From contig OZ286464.1 in the NCBI GenBank assembly GCA_965644265.1, forward strand, positions 91,388,001 through 91,452,000: a DNA stretch of 64,000 nt. The letters are read 5' to 3'. This document shows positions 24,975 to 37,012 of the stretch, in pieces. Numbering within the stretch: position 1 is the first letter of the stretch; every line of letters begins with the position of its first letter. Under the pieces are notes generated by a model. It saw only the letters and a program-made list of their open reading frames with translations. It had not been told where the DNA came from and searched no databases. A program made the position numbers and the translations under genes. The stretch comes from Glycera tridactyla (taxonomy: Eukaryota).

Positions 24975-25748
24975 GTTGGCAGGAGCAAGAGAAATGTACA
25001 TATGGAGTTGACAGACTCACGCTGCTGGAGTTGGCAGGAGCAAGAGAAATGTACATATGGAGTTGACAGACTCACGCTGCTGGAGTCGGCAGGAGCAAGG
25101 GAAATGTACATATAGAGTTGACCGACTCACGCTGCTGGAGTTGGCAGGAGCAAGAGAAATGTACATATGGAGTTGACAGACTCACGCTGCTGGAGTTGGC
25201 GGGAACAAGAGAAATGTACATATAGAGTTGACCGACTCACGCTGCTGGAGTTGGCAGGAGCAAGAGAAATGTACATATGGAGTTGACAGACTCACGCTGC
25301 TGGAGTTGGCAGGAGCAAGAGAAATGTACATATAGAGTTGACCGACTCACGCTGCTGGAGTTGGCAGGAACAAGAGAAATGTACATATGGAGTTGACAGA
25401 CTCACGCTGCTGGAGTCGGCAGGAGCAAGAGAAATGTACATATGGAGTTGACTGACTCACGCTGCTGGAGTTGGCAGGAGCAAGGGAAATGTACATATGG
25501 AGTTGACCGACTCATGCTGCTGGAGTTGGCAGGAGCAAGGGAAATGTACATATGGAGTTGACAGACTCACGCTGCTGGAGTCGGCAGGAGCAAGAGAAAT
25601 GTACATATGGAGTTGACAGACTCACGCTGCTGGAGTTGGCAGGAGCAAGGGAAATGTACATATGGAGTTGACAGACTAACGCTGCTGGAGTTGGCAGGAG
25701 CAAGGGAAATGTACATATGGAGTTGACAGACTCATGCTGCTGGAGTTG
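24975..25748. repeat. Minisatellite, 55-bp unit x14
   Basis: GTTGGCAGGAGCAAGAGAAATGTACATATGGAGTTGACAGACTCACGCTGCTGGA restarts at 24975 and 25030. Confidence 0.98.
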
Positions 25749-26292
25749 CAGCCTAGAAGCGGCGTGAATTGCATTCTACCTGCGAATAAAAGGCTGCAAT
25801 GTTGATCTAATAAAAGCATACCTTTTAGTGCGTGTCGCTATTTCCATTATGGACATCTGTTGTGCCATGAAGTAGTATACATATGGCACATGAAAAACGA
25901 TATATGGTTCCCGTTTGGTGGGCTGCGCCAGCACCACCCACCAGGCTCACCACTTAACTCCGGACCTTGACTTCACCAAAAATACAACTCTACTCCAGAC
26001 ACGCATAGTTGTCCAATTTACTTGGATTACTTCAATTTGGATAAGTGCAGGAGCATTAGAGGGTGGTCTTGGCTTCTCTATTTGTGAGATAGGTTTGTAC
26101 AGGCGCTCGCTAATTTGTGTCATTGTGTCGAAAGCATTGCATCCCACTTGCAAGATGGCGACCAGGAGAGTGGTGGGGGAGTGGTGGATCAGCTCATCCA
26201 TACCTTGCTACGATCATCTATCTGAAATATGTTATAATGATACGAAGATTTCTTATTCCTCTTTGGATTATGCAGCAACGAACAGGAAAAGG

Positions 26293-26502
26293 ATCACTGC
26301 CTATGACCAAGTACTCATTTACACCTGGGTGATCCGGAGTGGTGGAATACAACACTTCCGCGCAGTTACCTCAACACCGAAGTGCCTCCTTTGTGAGAAG
26401 CGCAAATCAGCAAGGATATTTGTGATGGTGCTCGCCCGGTAGTGAATAATGAACCTCGTCCATTTCGGTCACCAACCCTGTATGGCCACCGACCCTGTTC
26501 AC
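26293..26502 (-). mobile_element. SINE-like repeat with a CORE-like conserved block; inverted homologue of 47270-47472
   Basis: The reverse complement of 26293-26331 matches 47434-47472 at 34/39 (CACCCAGGTGTRAATGRGTACTT...ATAGGCAGTGAT). GGAGGCACTTC.GTGTTGAGGTAA and GTGAACAGGG also align collinearly. Confidence 0.75.
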
Positions 26503-27269
26503 TGCTCTGTATAATTCACTTTATAAGAGAACCTCGGTGCCTGCACCGAACTCGCTGGATATGGTGATTGAGATATTGTGTCATCCAGATCAGCAGATTT
26601 GGATATACCCAAGCACCGACAGATATCTATGAGATATCTTCACATTCAATGTGAAAAATTATTGTATTTACATTTCCCGCCTGATGACACTCTCTCAGCT
26701 CTACAGGGTGGATCTTTCGACGATCTGCCCACTGTGATCATTCGATTTAAAAGTATTTTGGAGCAGTGAGAGGGCTAAACATTGGAATGTGTGTTTTTTA
26801 TGGGGATAACTGACAAGGGGGGCATCACGTTATTTCGGAGAGACTTACACCTTATTGAGATAGGTTGCAGGATGTTTCAAATACTCACCCAATATACATT
26901 GTAATGGAATATGCCTGGCAGGCAGATATTCTCGGGTGGGGCATGCCTTCTGCTTGAAGGGAGCTCTCGTTGACAATAACAATGATTAGCAGGTGAGCTA
27001 GATTGCACTGCAAATAATTACATTAATAAAGCCTCATATCGAGCTAATCACAGATCCGAGTAATGTCATGTATATGATATGTATGCGAGTGCATCGAGGC
27101 TATCGAATTGTGATGGGACCAGAAAGATGTAGGGAGTATAAGCATAACAATGATACTACCCACTTTGATTTAGGAACAGTACTTGGAGCAGATTTTCTAA
27201 GTCTTAAGGGCACCTTCTGTCAACCTTGATTGCATCCATACTCGTGGTCGAATACAGGCAGTCATAGTC

Positions 27270-27293
27270 TGTCTGTGTGTCTGTCTGTCTGCG

Positions 27294-27326
<33 letters not shown>

Positions 27327-27358
27327 CCTGTTTGTCTCTTCGTCTGTCTGTCAGTCTG
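27270..27358. repeat. (GTCT)n microsatellite, degenerate
   Basis: GTCTGTCTGTCT tract. Confidence 0.92.
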
Positions 27359-27471
27359 TTATGTATTCAGTGTTGACAACACATGAATGCGTGGTGTGAG
27401 AGGATGATGTGAGGTGAGTCACAAGTTCGACGTGAGGTCACAAACAAATATGATATGAGGTGAGCGAGAAG

Positions 27472-28520
27472 TAGTGTTATGTAAGCAACAAGTGCAGTGT
27501 GAGGTAATCAACAAGTGCAGTGTTATGTCAGCAACAAGTGCAGTGTTAGTTAAGCAACAAGTGCAGTGTTGAGTGCAGAGTAAGTTGAGCAACAAGTGCA
27601 GTGTTATGTGAGCATCAAGGACAGAGTTAGTTAGGCCACAAGTGCTGTGTTAGTCAGGCAACAAGTGCAGTGTTAAGTGCAGAGTAAGTTGAGCAACAAG
27701 TGCAGTGTTATGTGAGCAACAAGGACAGAGTTAGTTAGGCCACAAGTGCTGTGTTAGTTGAGCAACAAGTGCAGTGTTAGTTAGGCAACAAGTGCAGTTT
27801 CAGTTAGGCAACAAGTGTTGTGTTAGTTAAGCAACAAGTACAGTGTTATGTAAGCAACAAGTGCAGAGTTAGTTGAGGAACAAGTGCTGTGTTCGTTTGG
27901 CAACAAGTGCAGTGTTAGCAAGCATAAAGTACGGAGTTGGTCAAGCAACAAGTGCAGTGTCATGTAAGCAACAAGTGTGGTGTAATGTAAGTACAGGGTT
28001 AGTTAGGCAGCAAGTGCAGTGTCAGTCAGGCAAAAAGTGCTGTGTTAGTTCGGCAACAAGTATAGTGTTAGGTAAGCAATAAGTACAGTGTTAGGTAAGC
28101 TACAAGTACAGTGTTGGGTAAGCAACAAGTACAGTGTTAGGTAAGCTACAAGTACAGTGTTGGGTAAGCAACAAGTACAGTGTTAGGTAAGCTACAAGTA
28201 CAGTGTTAGGTAAGCTACAAGTACAGTGTCAGGTAAGCTACAAGTACAGTGTTAGGTAGGCAACAAGGACAGAGTTGGTAAGGCAACAAGTGTTGTGTTA
28301 GGAAAGCAACAAGTACCGAGTTATTTAAGCAACAAGTACAGTGTTAGGTAAGCGACAAGTGCAGTGTTATGTAAGCAATATGTACAGGGCTAGGTTAGTG
28401 ACAATTACAGAATTAGGTAAGTAACATGTACAGTGATGGGTGAGCAATAAGTATAGTTTTAGGTAAGCAACAAGTTCGGTGTTAGGTAAGCAACATGTAT
28501 CCTATAAGGTAGGCAACAAG
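27472..28520. repeat. Degenerate minisatellite, about 23-bp unit (AGCAACAAGTRCAGTGTTAGGTA) x about 45
   Basis: GCAACAAGT recurs about every 23 bp. The left part has the TGCAG variant and the right part the TACAG variant. Confidence 0.93.
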
Positions 28521-28748
28521 TATGATTTGCGGACGCTCGATCTGACCAGTGGAAACTCCTCTACATTGTACCAGTTAGGTTGGATGCTGGTCATGGTGCA
28601 GGAGTCATTAGCAAGCTGTCATCTTCTCTAATGAGTCAGGCTGAGATACACGCTGATGCTCCAGCATCCTCTCTATTCTCTATACACCCATTCCATCAAC
28701 GCTTGTGACCTAATATTCAGGAGTTTCTTATGCAGTCATGTTTGATAG

Positions 28749-29103
28749 ATGACAGTCTTTGTTCGCGAGGTTATTACGTTGGCTGATTGACCTAGAATGC
28801 TTGCGAGATAGCACAATAGAAATGTAGGGAATATATGCCATCTTATTGTTTCGGGTGAGATTGGTCGGTTGAGTTATAGCCAAATACCCACAACATCGGT
28901 GAGAGTTCATCCTGTATTCGATGTAGAGGTGAATGACCCAGTTCGCTGATAAAGATATGAGCTTTGCTGGGGTGCAGCTGTGGAATGCGTTTACATGCTA
29001 TCAGATGCCATCAGATGCTATCAGATATGGTGAAACGTCATTCAATTCAAGACAACAATGACAGCCTTTGTTCGCGAGTTTATTACGTTGGCTGATTGAC
29101 CTA
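28749..29103. repeat. 46-bp direct repeat pair (28749-28794 and 29058-29103)
   Basis: ATGACAG(T/C)CTTTGTTCGCGAG(G/T)TTATTACGTTGGCTGATTGACCTA, 2 mismatches. Confidence 0.9.
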
Positions 29104-30729
29104 TCACGTCTGTGCCAGCGTCAGCGGATGGAGCTTAATATGTATACAGTCATAACGAAGGCTTAATCTAATACTATGATCTACTGCCTACACTAGTCTT
29201 ACATCCAGTGATGTATCCCTCTATACCATTGTGTAAACTGGCTCATTGTTGGTGATGGTCTTCAATTTGGTAATATGGGAGTTATTTCTCGAATAGATTT
29301 TGTTTCTTTGATGGCCTTGATCTTCAATATGGTTATGTGGGGTTTATTTCTTGAATGGACTTTTTATAAAGATCTTGAGTCATTCTAATTTTGTTCAACT
29401 TTTTTTTCAAGAGAGCTATAGCTGAGGTGTGGATAAAGTTATTGTGAAATGATAACTGCCATACGAAATTTGAATTTCAAACTCATGTAAGATTATATGC
29501 GAGGGAATCTACGATAGTTTGTTTCGTGAATTAAAGTTGGTCGAATTGACATCTATTGCAACGCAATATGGCTCACACAATTAGCTTCTCGGTCATTCTA
29601 TTCTTGTTGATAATTGGTTGTATTCATTCATTCATATTGTTGACTCTCTTTTGGTATTGTCTTAGTTGAATTGTATTCGATGCTATGTAAGCATGTCATC
29701 TGACAACTGTCATATAATTTCATGATATTTTGATAAAAAATCATGCCCGGTCTCATTGTACCTGATTCAAAAGCTTGAGCATGCAGAAGGAAGAGAATTG
29801 CCCGAAACCCACGAATGTATAAGACCATTCGACTGTGTGACGGGATCACATGAAAGTGGACTTCGGGTTTTGGTAATACCCCACCAGAGATCAATGTTAC
29901 CGTAGTAACAAGACATCCTGATGGATTGGTTGCCAACGGCAATGAACGAGCAGCTCAACTATACCTGTAAGATCGTCCAAATATGATGTTACCCTGTAGC
30001 CAAATAAGCTTAGGCCTCGCGAAACCGTGGACCTCAGACTTCACTAGAGATTGCAGGCTCAGTGTTGGGGGGGAGGAGGTATCAAATAGCCATCCACGTT
30101 TAGTGATAGAACAGTGGTCTTCACAACGTTCCGAGTGGGTATATAACGATCTGTGTGAGTGAGGCAGTGATATCTCGAGTATATATCTCATTTATTTCTT
30201 GTTTGTAATTTAAAGTATTTTCCTGGATATCAGCGTCTCTCTTCTAGCATGAAGAATATACACGGTGAGAATTGTTTCATGTCATAATGTATCGAACTGT
30301 ATTTGCATCAAGGTATTGCGTAATTTTTCATGGGAGGGAGATGTGCCTGACAATACAGTCCTATACAGATATTATGAAGCCCTATGGAGTATTGCCGATA
30401 CCGACATATTGATATCTCTCCGGTGTGCAATTCTCGAGAGGAGAAACATTGGAATTTCTCTCATGTGAAATTCTGGTGATGACTTCCAGTGCAAAATACT
30501 CGAGTTCAGTGGCATTGATATTCCGCCTGTGGATAATTCGGAAGAATAGTGGCATTGCTATCTTGTCCGTGTAACATTGTGGTGAAGAGTGGCATTGCCA
30601 CCTAGCGACAGTCAGTTCCGAGGAAGATAGCTGTCAGCTGTCGAAACTCTCAACCAAGTAAGTGATCGTTTGGCCATGTCAGAAGAATTGTCCTCCGATC
30701 ATCAAACTAGCCAGAAGAACTTCTTCAAC

Positions 30730-31221
30730 GGCATTGCTATCTTGTCCGTGTAACATTGTGGAGGAGAGTGGCATTGCTATCTTGTCCGTGTAACATTGTG
30801 GAGGAGAGTGGCATTGCTATCTTGTCCGTGTAACATTGTGGAGGAGAGTGGCATTGCTATCTTGTCCGTGTAACATTGTGGAGGAGAGTGGCATTGCTAT
30901 CTTGTCCGTGTAACATTGTGGAGGAGAGTGGCATTGCTATCTTGTCCGTGTAACATTGTGGAGGAGAGTGGCATTGCTATCTTGTCCGTGTAACATTGTG
31001 GAGGAGAGTGGCATTGCTACCTTGTCCGTGTAACATTGTGGAGGAGAGTGGCATTGCTATCTTGTCCGTGTAACATTGTGGAGGAGAGTGGCATTGCTAT
31101 CTTGTCCGTGTAACATTGTGGAGGAGAGTGGCATTGCTATCTTGTCCGTGTAACATTGTGGAGGAGAGTGGCATTGCTATCTTGTCCGTGTAACATTGTG
31201 GAGGAGAGTGGCATTGCTATC
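30730..31221. repeat. Minisatellite, 40-bp unit x12 (nearly homogeneous), with an orphan unit at 30549-30598
   Basis: GGCATTGCTATCTTGTCCGTGTAACATTGTGGAGGAGAGT, period 40. Confidence 0.98.
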
Positions 31222-33448
31222 CCTCCTGTGAATATTTCTGATGAAGTGTGACATATATATTTCTCTTGTATGTGAGTCTGCCGAAGTAAAACATCGATGG
31301 TCCCCATGTTTGAAGTAAAGAAATATGCATTGGTACCCGCCCATGAACAATAGCAACAGGGCCAATTTACGAGAATTTGTCCAATATGCTATCTAAAACA
31401 CCTGGACTGTAACACATGGCATTATATTCGATGTTCACAATAAAACTGCCCCACCTCAGAACTCATACACTCTCTCATAGGCAAGCATTTGAATATCCGT
31501 TCTTGCAGCTCACTTGTAGGTGAGGTTTGATCTTGTAGTTTCTGCATGAAAACACTGCCTGAAAGCAACATTTCACTGAATCGAAGAATGTCCGCAAAAG
31601 AGGCCAGCACACGATTCATCTGTAGCGGAACGGTGTGACTGCATGGAAAGTGGGTGAGATTAAGCATGTTTCACTTGGTGGCCCTGCAATGTAATCGTGG
31701 CAATATGAGGCGACTATTTTGTAGGAGCGAGACCGTTATTTGAAAAACCTGCACTGTTTATGTCAACATGTGACAATCGGTGGATTGAATAGTTTCAGTT
31801 GGCAATTCGGTCAATTATCATGATGAATGGAATAGCCTTAACATATAGGATCAGGTACAAGCATTGTAAAGATTGTTCCATTTCAATGAATGATAATGAC
31901 TGTGCTGCAACGTCTGCAGTTTCGAAACTACAGATCTGATGAATATGGCATGAGTGATTTTGCAAGTCTGTCGGGGGAGGGGGGGGGGGGCATCATATTC
32001 CATGAAAGTAATGTTGATTACATCTGGATCTGGAGATCTGTGATCTACATCTGTAATGGCTGATGACGTAGACGTCTGATCTATCATTATAAAGTACAGT
32101 GACTGTCTACCACATACAAAAGCCATTCGTGGCTACACAATAGAACAAGTAGGGCATGTATGATGACATCACAAAAGATTCATCTCCGTCTTCCGAATTA
32201 ATCACCAACAATAGCATATATTACTCGTGCACCATCTATAGCGTTAGATCGAGATGATTTTTCTGTCCACCAGTTTCGTGTTTGAAAGTGTATTAAAGAA
32301 CCGAGGCGACCACTTGGCCACATATCTGCACCACATACAGTAGATGGATAAAAAGATGAATGACTAGACACAGAAGATTGAAATACATGGGAATTATTTG
32401 ACAGCATGTATACATAATTGACAGGTCATGCTCCAGGCGTCCAGGAACAAGGCAGGGTATATAGTTAGCCACCAGCCAGTAATACCCGGGCATGCTGATC
32501 CTCCGAGTGACCATCATGCATCTTAATTATTCAAACAGTCAGGGCAAAAGACAATGGAATTCTCCCTTGTCAAAAATCGATATTTTCAATGTTCGGACAA
32601 ACCATCCTACAGTTTCACCTCACAACTCGATTTGAAATTGGTATATTGATGGGGAAGGATGGGGGGCCAGGGTTTGGACGACTGACTCGTCCAAGGTGGA
32701 ACCGCTTTCATGAAATACAGACAGATCATCCAATTCTAGGGGACTCGTCTATTCGGAGTAAGCAGATGCTGTCTCAAGTTGAAATGTCACATGTCAAAGA
32801 TTGAGTGGGATTCGCTACCGGGGCACAGAGCATGAGGGCATCTTCTTCATAGGCATCAAGACTTGCAAGCATTCATTCGTGGCTGAATGTGGGCCGGGAA
32901 TCATCTCCCCTCCTTCAAATCCACACACTCCACGAAGCAATTAAGTGATGAGTAGCCAATGATTTCAGGCACAGTTTGGCATTTCAAGGAGTATCACTCC
33001 TACGGTACAACAATAAAACGTGATATCTGAAGCGCGATAGAGACTCATATGCTGATTGCATCATAATAGAGACATCTCTCGACAATCAGACCACATGTCA
33101 TTTACTTTTTGTGTTTCAGGAAGACAGTAATGTATAGGGATTGCTTCACAAATTGTTGCGAGGCATCCTAGAATCTAGATGTTTGCCTGCTCTACTGCGT
33201 GATTTCGATTTGCTATTTATTGAAGTGTGTGACGGAGCTGTGAGGAACATGATTGATAGACATTGATCGACAGTTGCGTCTAACGTCCTGGCCCCGGGAG
33301 TTAGACAGTGACGTATAGTCAATTAAACGGTTAATCGGGCGGCCGGTCAGACAGTCAATCACTCAGTCCATCCGTCGCTCCATCCATTTGTAAGTAGGTT
33401 TTCATATGATCATCGGTCCATCTATTTCTACCTTTCTTCATCCATCGA

Positions 33449-33899
33449 NNNNNNNNNNNNNNNNNNNNNNNNNNNNNNNNNNNNNNNNNNNNNNNNNNNN
33501 NNNNNNNNNNNNNNNNNNNNNNNNNNNNNNNNNNNNNNNNNNNNNNNNNNNNNNNNNNNNNNNNNNNNNNNNNNNNNNNNNNNNNNNNNNNNNNNNNNNN
33601 NNNNNNNNNNNNNNNNNNNNNNNNNNNNNNNNNNNNNNNNNNNNNNNNNNNNNNNNNNNNNNNNNNNNNNNNNNNNNNNNNNNNNNNNNNNNNNNNNNNN
33701 NNNNNNNNNNNNNNNNNNNNNNNNNNNNNNNNNNNNNNNNNNNNNNNNNNNNNNNNNNNNNNNNNNNNNNNNNNNNNNNNNNNNNNNNNNNNNNNNNNNN
33801 NNNNNNNNNNNNNNNNNNNNNNNNNNNNNNNNNNNNNNNNNNNNNNNNNNNNNNNNNNNNNNNNNNNNNNNNNNNNNNNNNNNNNNNNNNNNNNNNNNN
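33449..33899. other. Assembly gap (N run)
   Basis: Run of N. Confidence 1.
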
Positions 33900-35257
33900 C
33901 TAGTCAGCCAATGGCTTGGTCAGAGCAAGTCAGCTGGAATATGGAGTGCTCGGGTCGACCTCACGACGACTCTGGTCATTCAATAGCGGTCTTTGAGGGT
34001 ATTCCGAGATATAGAACACATCTCCAGCGAATTCCAACGTGCAGGTCCACCCTGAACAATACGACCCATCCCTAGGGAGGGATGAACAGTCTGACTGGCG
34101 ACGAGGATGTAGAGTATGTGTAGAGATGCTGGATGCGGAGGCTGAGGAGAGGAATGTTATCAGGCGATGGGGCGGGAATAGAGCAGGATGCTGGTCATGT
34201 ACCTGTCAGTCATCATCATCAGCGAGGATGGAAAGCTGGCTCCGAGAGATCGCCATCAAAACACACTCCAAATGGACAGAGAATGACTGGGCCTCATTCT
34301 GCCATTGTTAATATCGGGTGATTCACAAGACGAATTGGGAACAGGTACTTCTGTGCATGGCGCTAGCTGTTGAGGTGTTCAGACCCAAGCTGTTTAGAAT
34401 ATGAAATGTTTATTGGTATGATGTTCACAATTTTGACATGTTAAGAAGACTGGCATCTCCAAAGTGAAGAGAGGAATTATTAGGATTTGGTTCTATTTGT
34501 GAACTTATTTTTCAGAGTGGACCTCTGGGTCTCAGAACCCTTATAAAAACTCCGCACCTCGAGGTTAACAATATTTCAGCAATTCACAAGACTAGGGAAT
34601 TCTGACTTTGCCGCTGTTGTGTCATTATGTAATTCTCTCAACTTGTACATTAAACTTGCGCCAGTCTTCAACACCTCACAGGCTGGACTTCGAAACATCG
34701 TTTCCACTTGCATGATTTCATGTCTACTCCTTTCTAACTGTTCTTCAGGTTTGTTGCCATGTAAAGTATTCTCGATGGCGTATTGGAGTGCAGCTGACTG
34801 GAACTGGGAATTGACGGTTGGGTAGTTTTGTTCGGGCCTGATGTCCGTTCAACCCCCTTTGGTCAAATCGGACTGATAACCTGAGAAATCGGACTGGAGG
34901 GGGACCAGGACAATCCCCTACTCTCTGCGAACGACAACAGTGATTTTCTCATACACACAATGTACATACTCTATCCCATTCGATATGCACTGGGTCGGGA
35001 TATATCACGTAAGTCAAGAGCACTTCCCTGGTCAAATGCCACGGCGCCGATGATATATCTCGATCGGGCAGTCACATCAATCACATGAACTTGATTAAAA
35101 ATGACTCGTGAATTTGTATTCAAATGATTTCTTTACACCCAGAGAACCAAAGGGAGCATATTGTTTATAGAAAGTGTGCCGATCGCGAGCTGTCAGCACT
35201 GGCAAAGTAACAGACTGACTCGTCATCTTACTGCTAGACGACGTCGTCGACGACAGT

Positions 35258-35261
35258 GACA

Positions 35262-35309
<48 letters not shown>
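35258..35309. repeat. (GAC)n trinucleotide microsatellite
   Basis: GACGACGAC run with one GGC interruption. Confidence 0.96.
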
Positions 35310-36834
35310 GTGATAACAACGATGACATCGACACTGGTCGGACGGCGATGGCGGCGACGATGTCCACATGATGATATAAAACACGAACTGCTCCCCGATA
35401 GCGTTCCGCAGCAAAACAAAACCGGCGTCACGCAAATTTTTCCACACCCCACTGCGACTTAGGGCGAATGATGATGTTGCCTAGACCTCCTTCTGCCCCC
35501 TGCTGCCTCTCATCAAATGATCGCCAAACAAACAACCAGCTCCGGCTAGTCGCTTGGTTGTCAACATCCAGTGAGCACCACCTGGGCTATATCAAGACTC
35601 GCATGTAGTGGGTATGGGGGTCGGTCATCCGAGAGTGCTGTCACTGGGTACTAGACAGGAAATGGGATGATATGAAAGTGGCAGGCGCTAGAAGTGGCAT
35701 CTCCAATTACGTAGCAATTGAAATATTCATCATTTAACAGAATATCCGTCACACCTTGAGGACTGTATGACACGAACACCAGGAAGGCAATATGTGTTTC
35801 GTTTTGGCAGTAAACGGGGAATTATACTGATGGAGAAAGTGTAGCGCCGAGTTTAGCGAATCCAGAGCGTAGACAGTATATTGGTAAATAACTGTTACAT
35901 TGTTGGTTTGCGTGTCTCCCGCTGCAACATATAGGAATAATATACCGGCAACACTCCAGGGACTACTGGGATGTACTCCCGAGAATACGACAGTACTGTG
36001 ATTACATGAATATGAGGATTATTCTGCAAGAGTTGGCCGAGTTTGTTCACACTTGCGTCTACGGTAGTATGAGCGATATGAACTAACAACGATCGTGGCA
36101 TGGTATTCCTAATTGACTAGTGGATATGGGGCCGCGGGAAGTGATTGAAGTAATATTTTCAATGTATTCAGAGGATTGAGGGAAGTTGGAGTAATATTAG
36201 CAATACAATCAATATATAGGATACTCCAAATCCCGTCATTTATATTGCTCACTATGACTATTGCAAATATTACTCCGCCTGCGCGGCACCATATCCATTA
36301 CCTACTTGCCACCCAATTTTTCAAACAAGCTACACACAATGTCGAGATATCAGTCAATCCCTCCCAATGAAGGATTCACTTTCATGTGAACAACAACGTC
36401 CCATGAGGAGAATATGACGTACTTGATAACAATGCTTATCTGGCCTACCGGCAATTGCTGTATATTATCAGTCCAAAAGTTCCAGTTTATATCACGCACG
36501 ACAGGGGTCTCAAATTCAACATGTGATTATTGTGATCAATACATGACCTAAAGTCATCGAGTGAAATTTAGAGACAATTAGAGGCCGGAATGGCTGTTTT
36601 TCTACCTAGTGTAGTTTGAGCACATAAAGAATCATTACCACGATGGGTATTACACATCAATCTGAATACATCATAATGATTGTTGAAAATTACAATGATG
36701 GTGATAGGAACAGAAAGTGAACATTTTATCTCACTATCCCATTTTTTATGACGGTGAATCGATCAGAAACGGAAGACAGATTGGTGAAAATGTTGGGACA
36801 CATTGACATATTTGTAGCATAGCACACGAATGCA

Positions 36835-37012
36835 CAGTCGTGCATGGTCGAGAGACCACCTCCATGTAAGGACCACCTGCCGACGAAGCCACCCTGTGCT
36901 GCGACCGTGATAGGATCTCCAACAGGAGGTGTACTTCCCACGAAGGTCATCTGGCTACAGAGGCTACTTTTTGATGCAACCATGACTGGCCTTCCGCAGA
37001 TGGATTCGACTG
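36835..37012. mobile_element. Small MITE of Tc1/mariner-pogo type (CAGTCG...CGACTG), about 178 bp
   Basis: Terminal CAGTCG / CGACTG and internal GACCACCT repeats. Flanks are CA/CA, a possibly mutated TA. Same architecture as 54500-54666. Confidence 0.6.

Noticed and set aside
35330-35460. Minus-strand peptide WKNLRDAGFVLLRNAIGEQFVFYIIMWTS resembling a TERT N-terminal motif or a MADF WKNLRD motif
   Set aside because: It is short, runs directly into a (GAC)n microsatellite, has no convincing splice sites, and no other TERT or MADF motifs are nearby.
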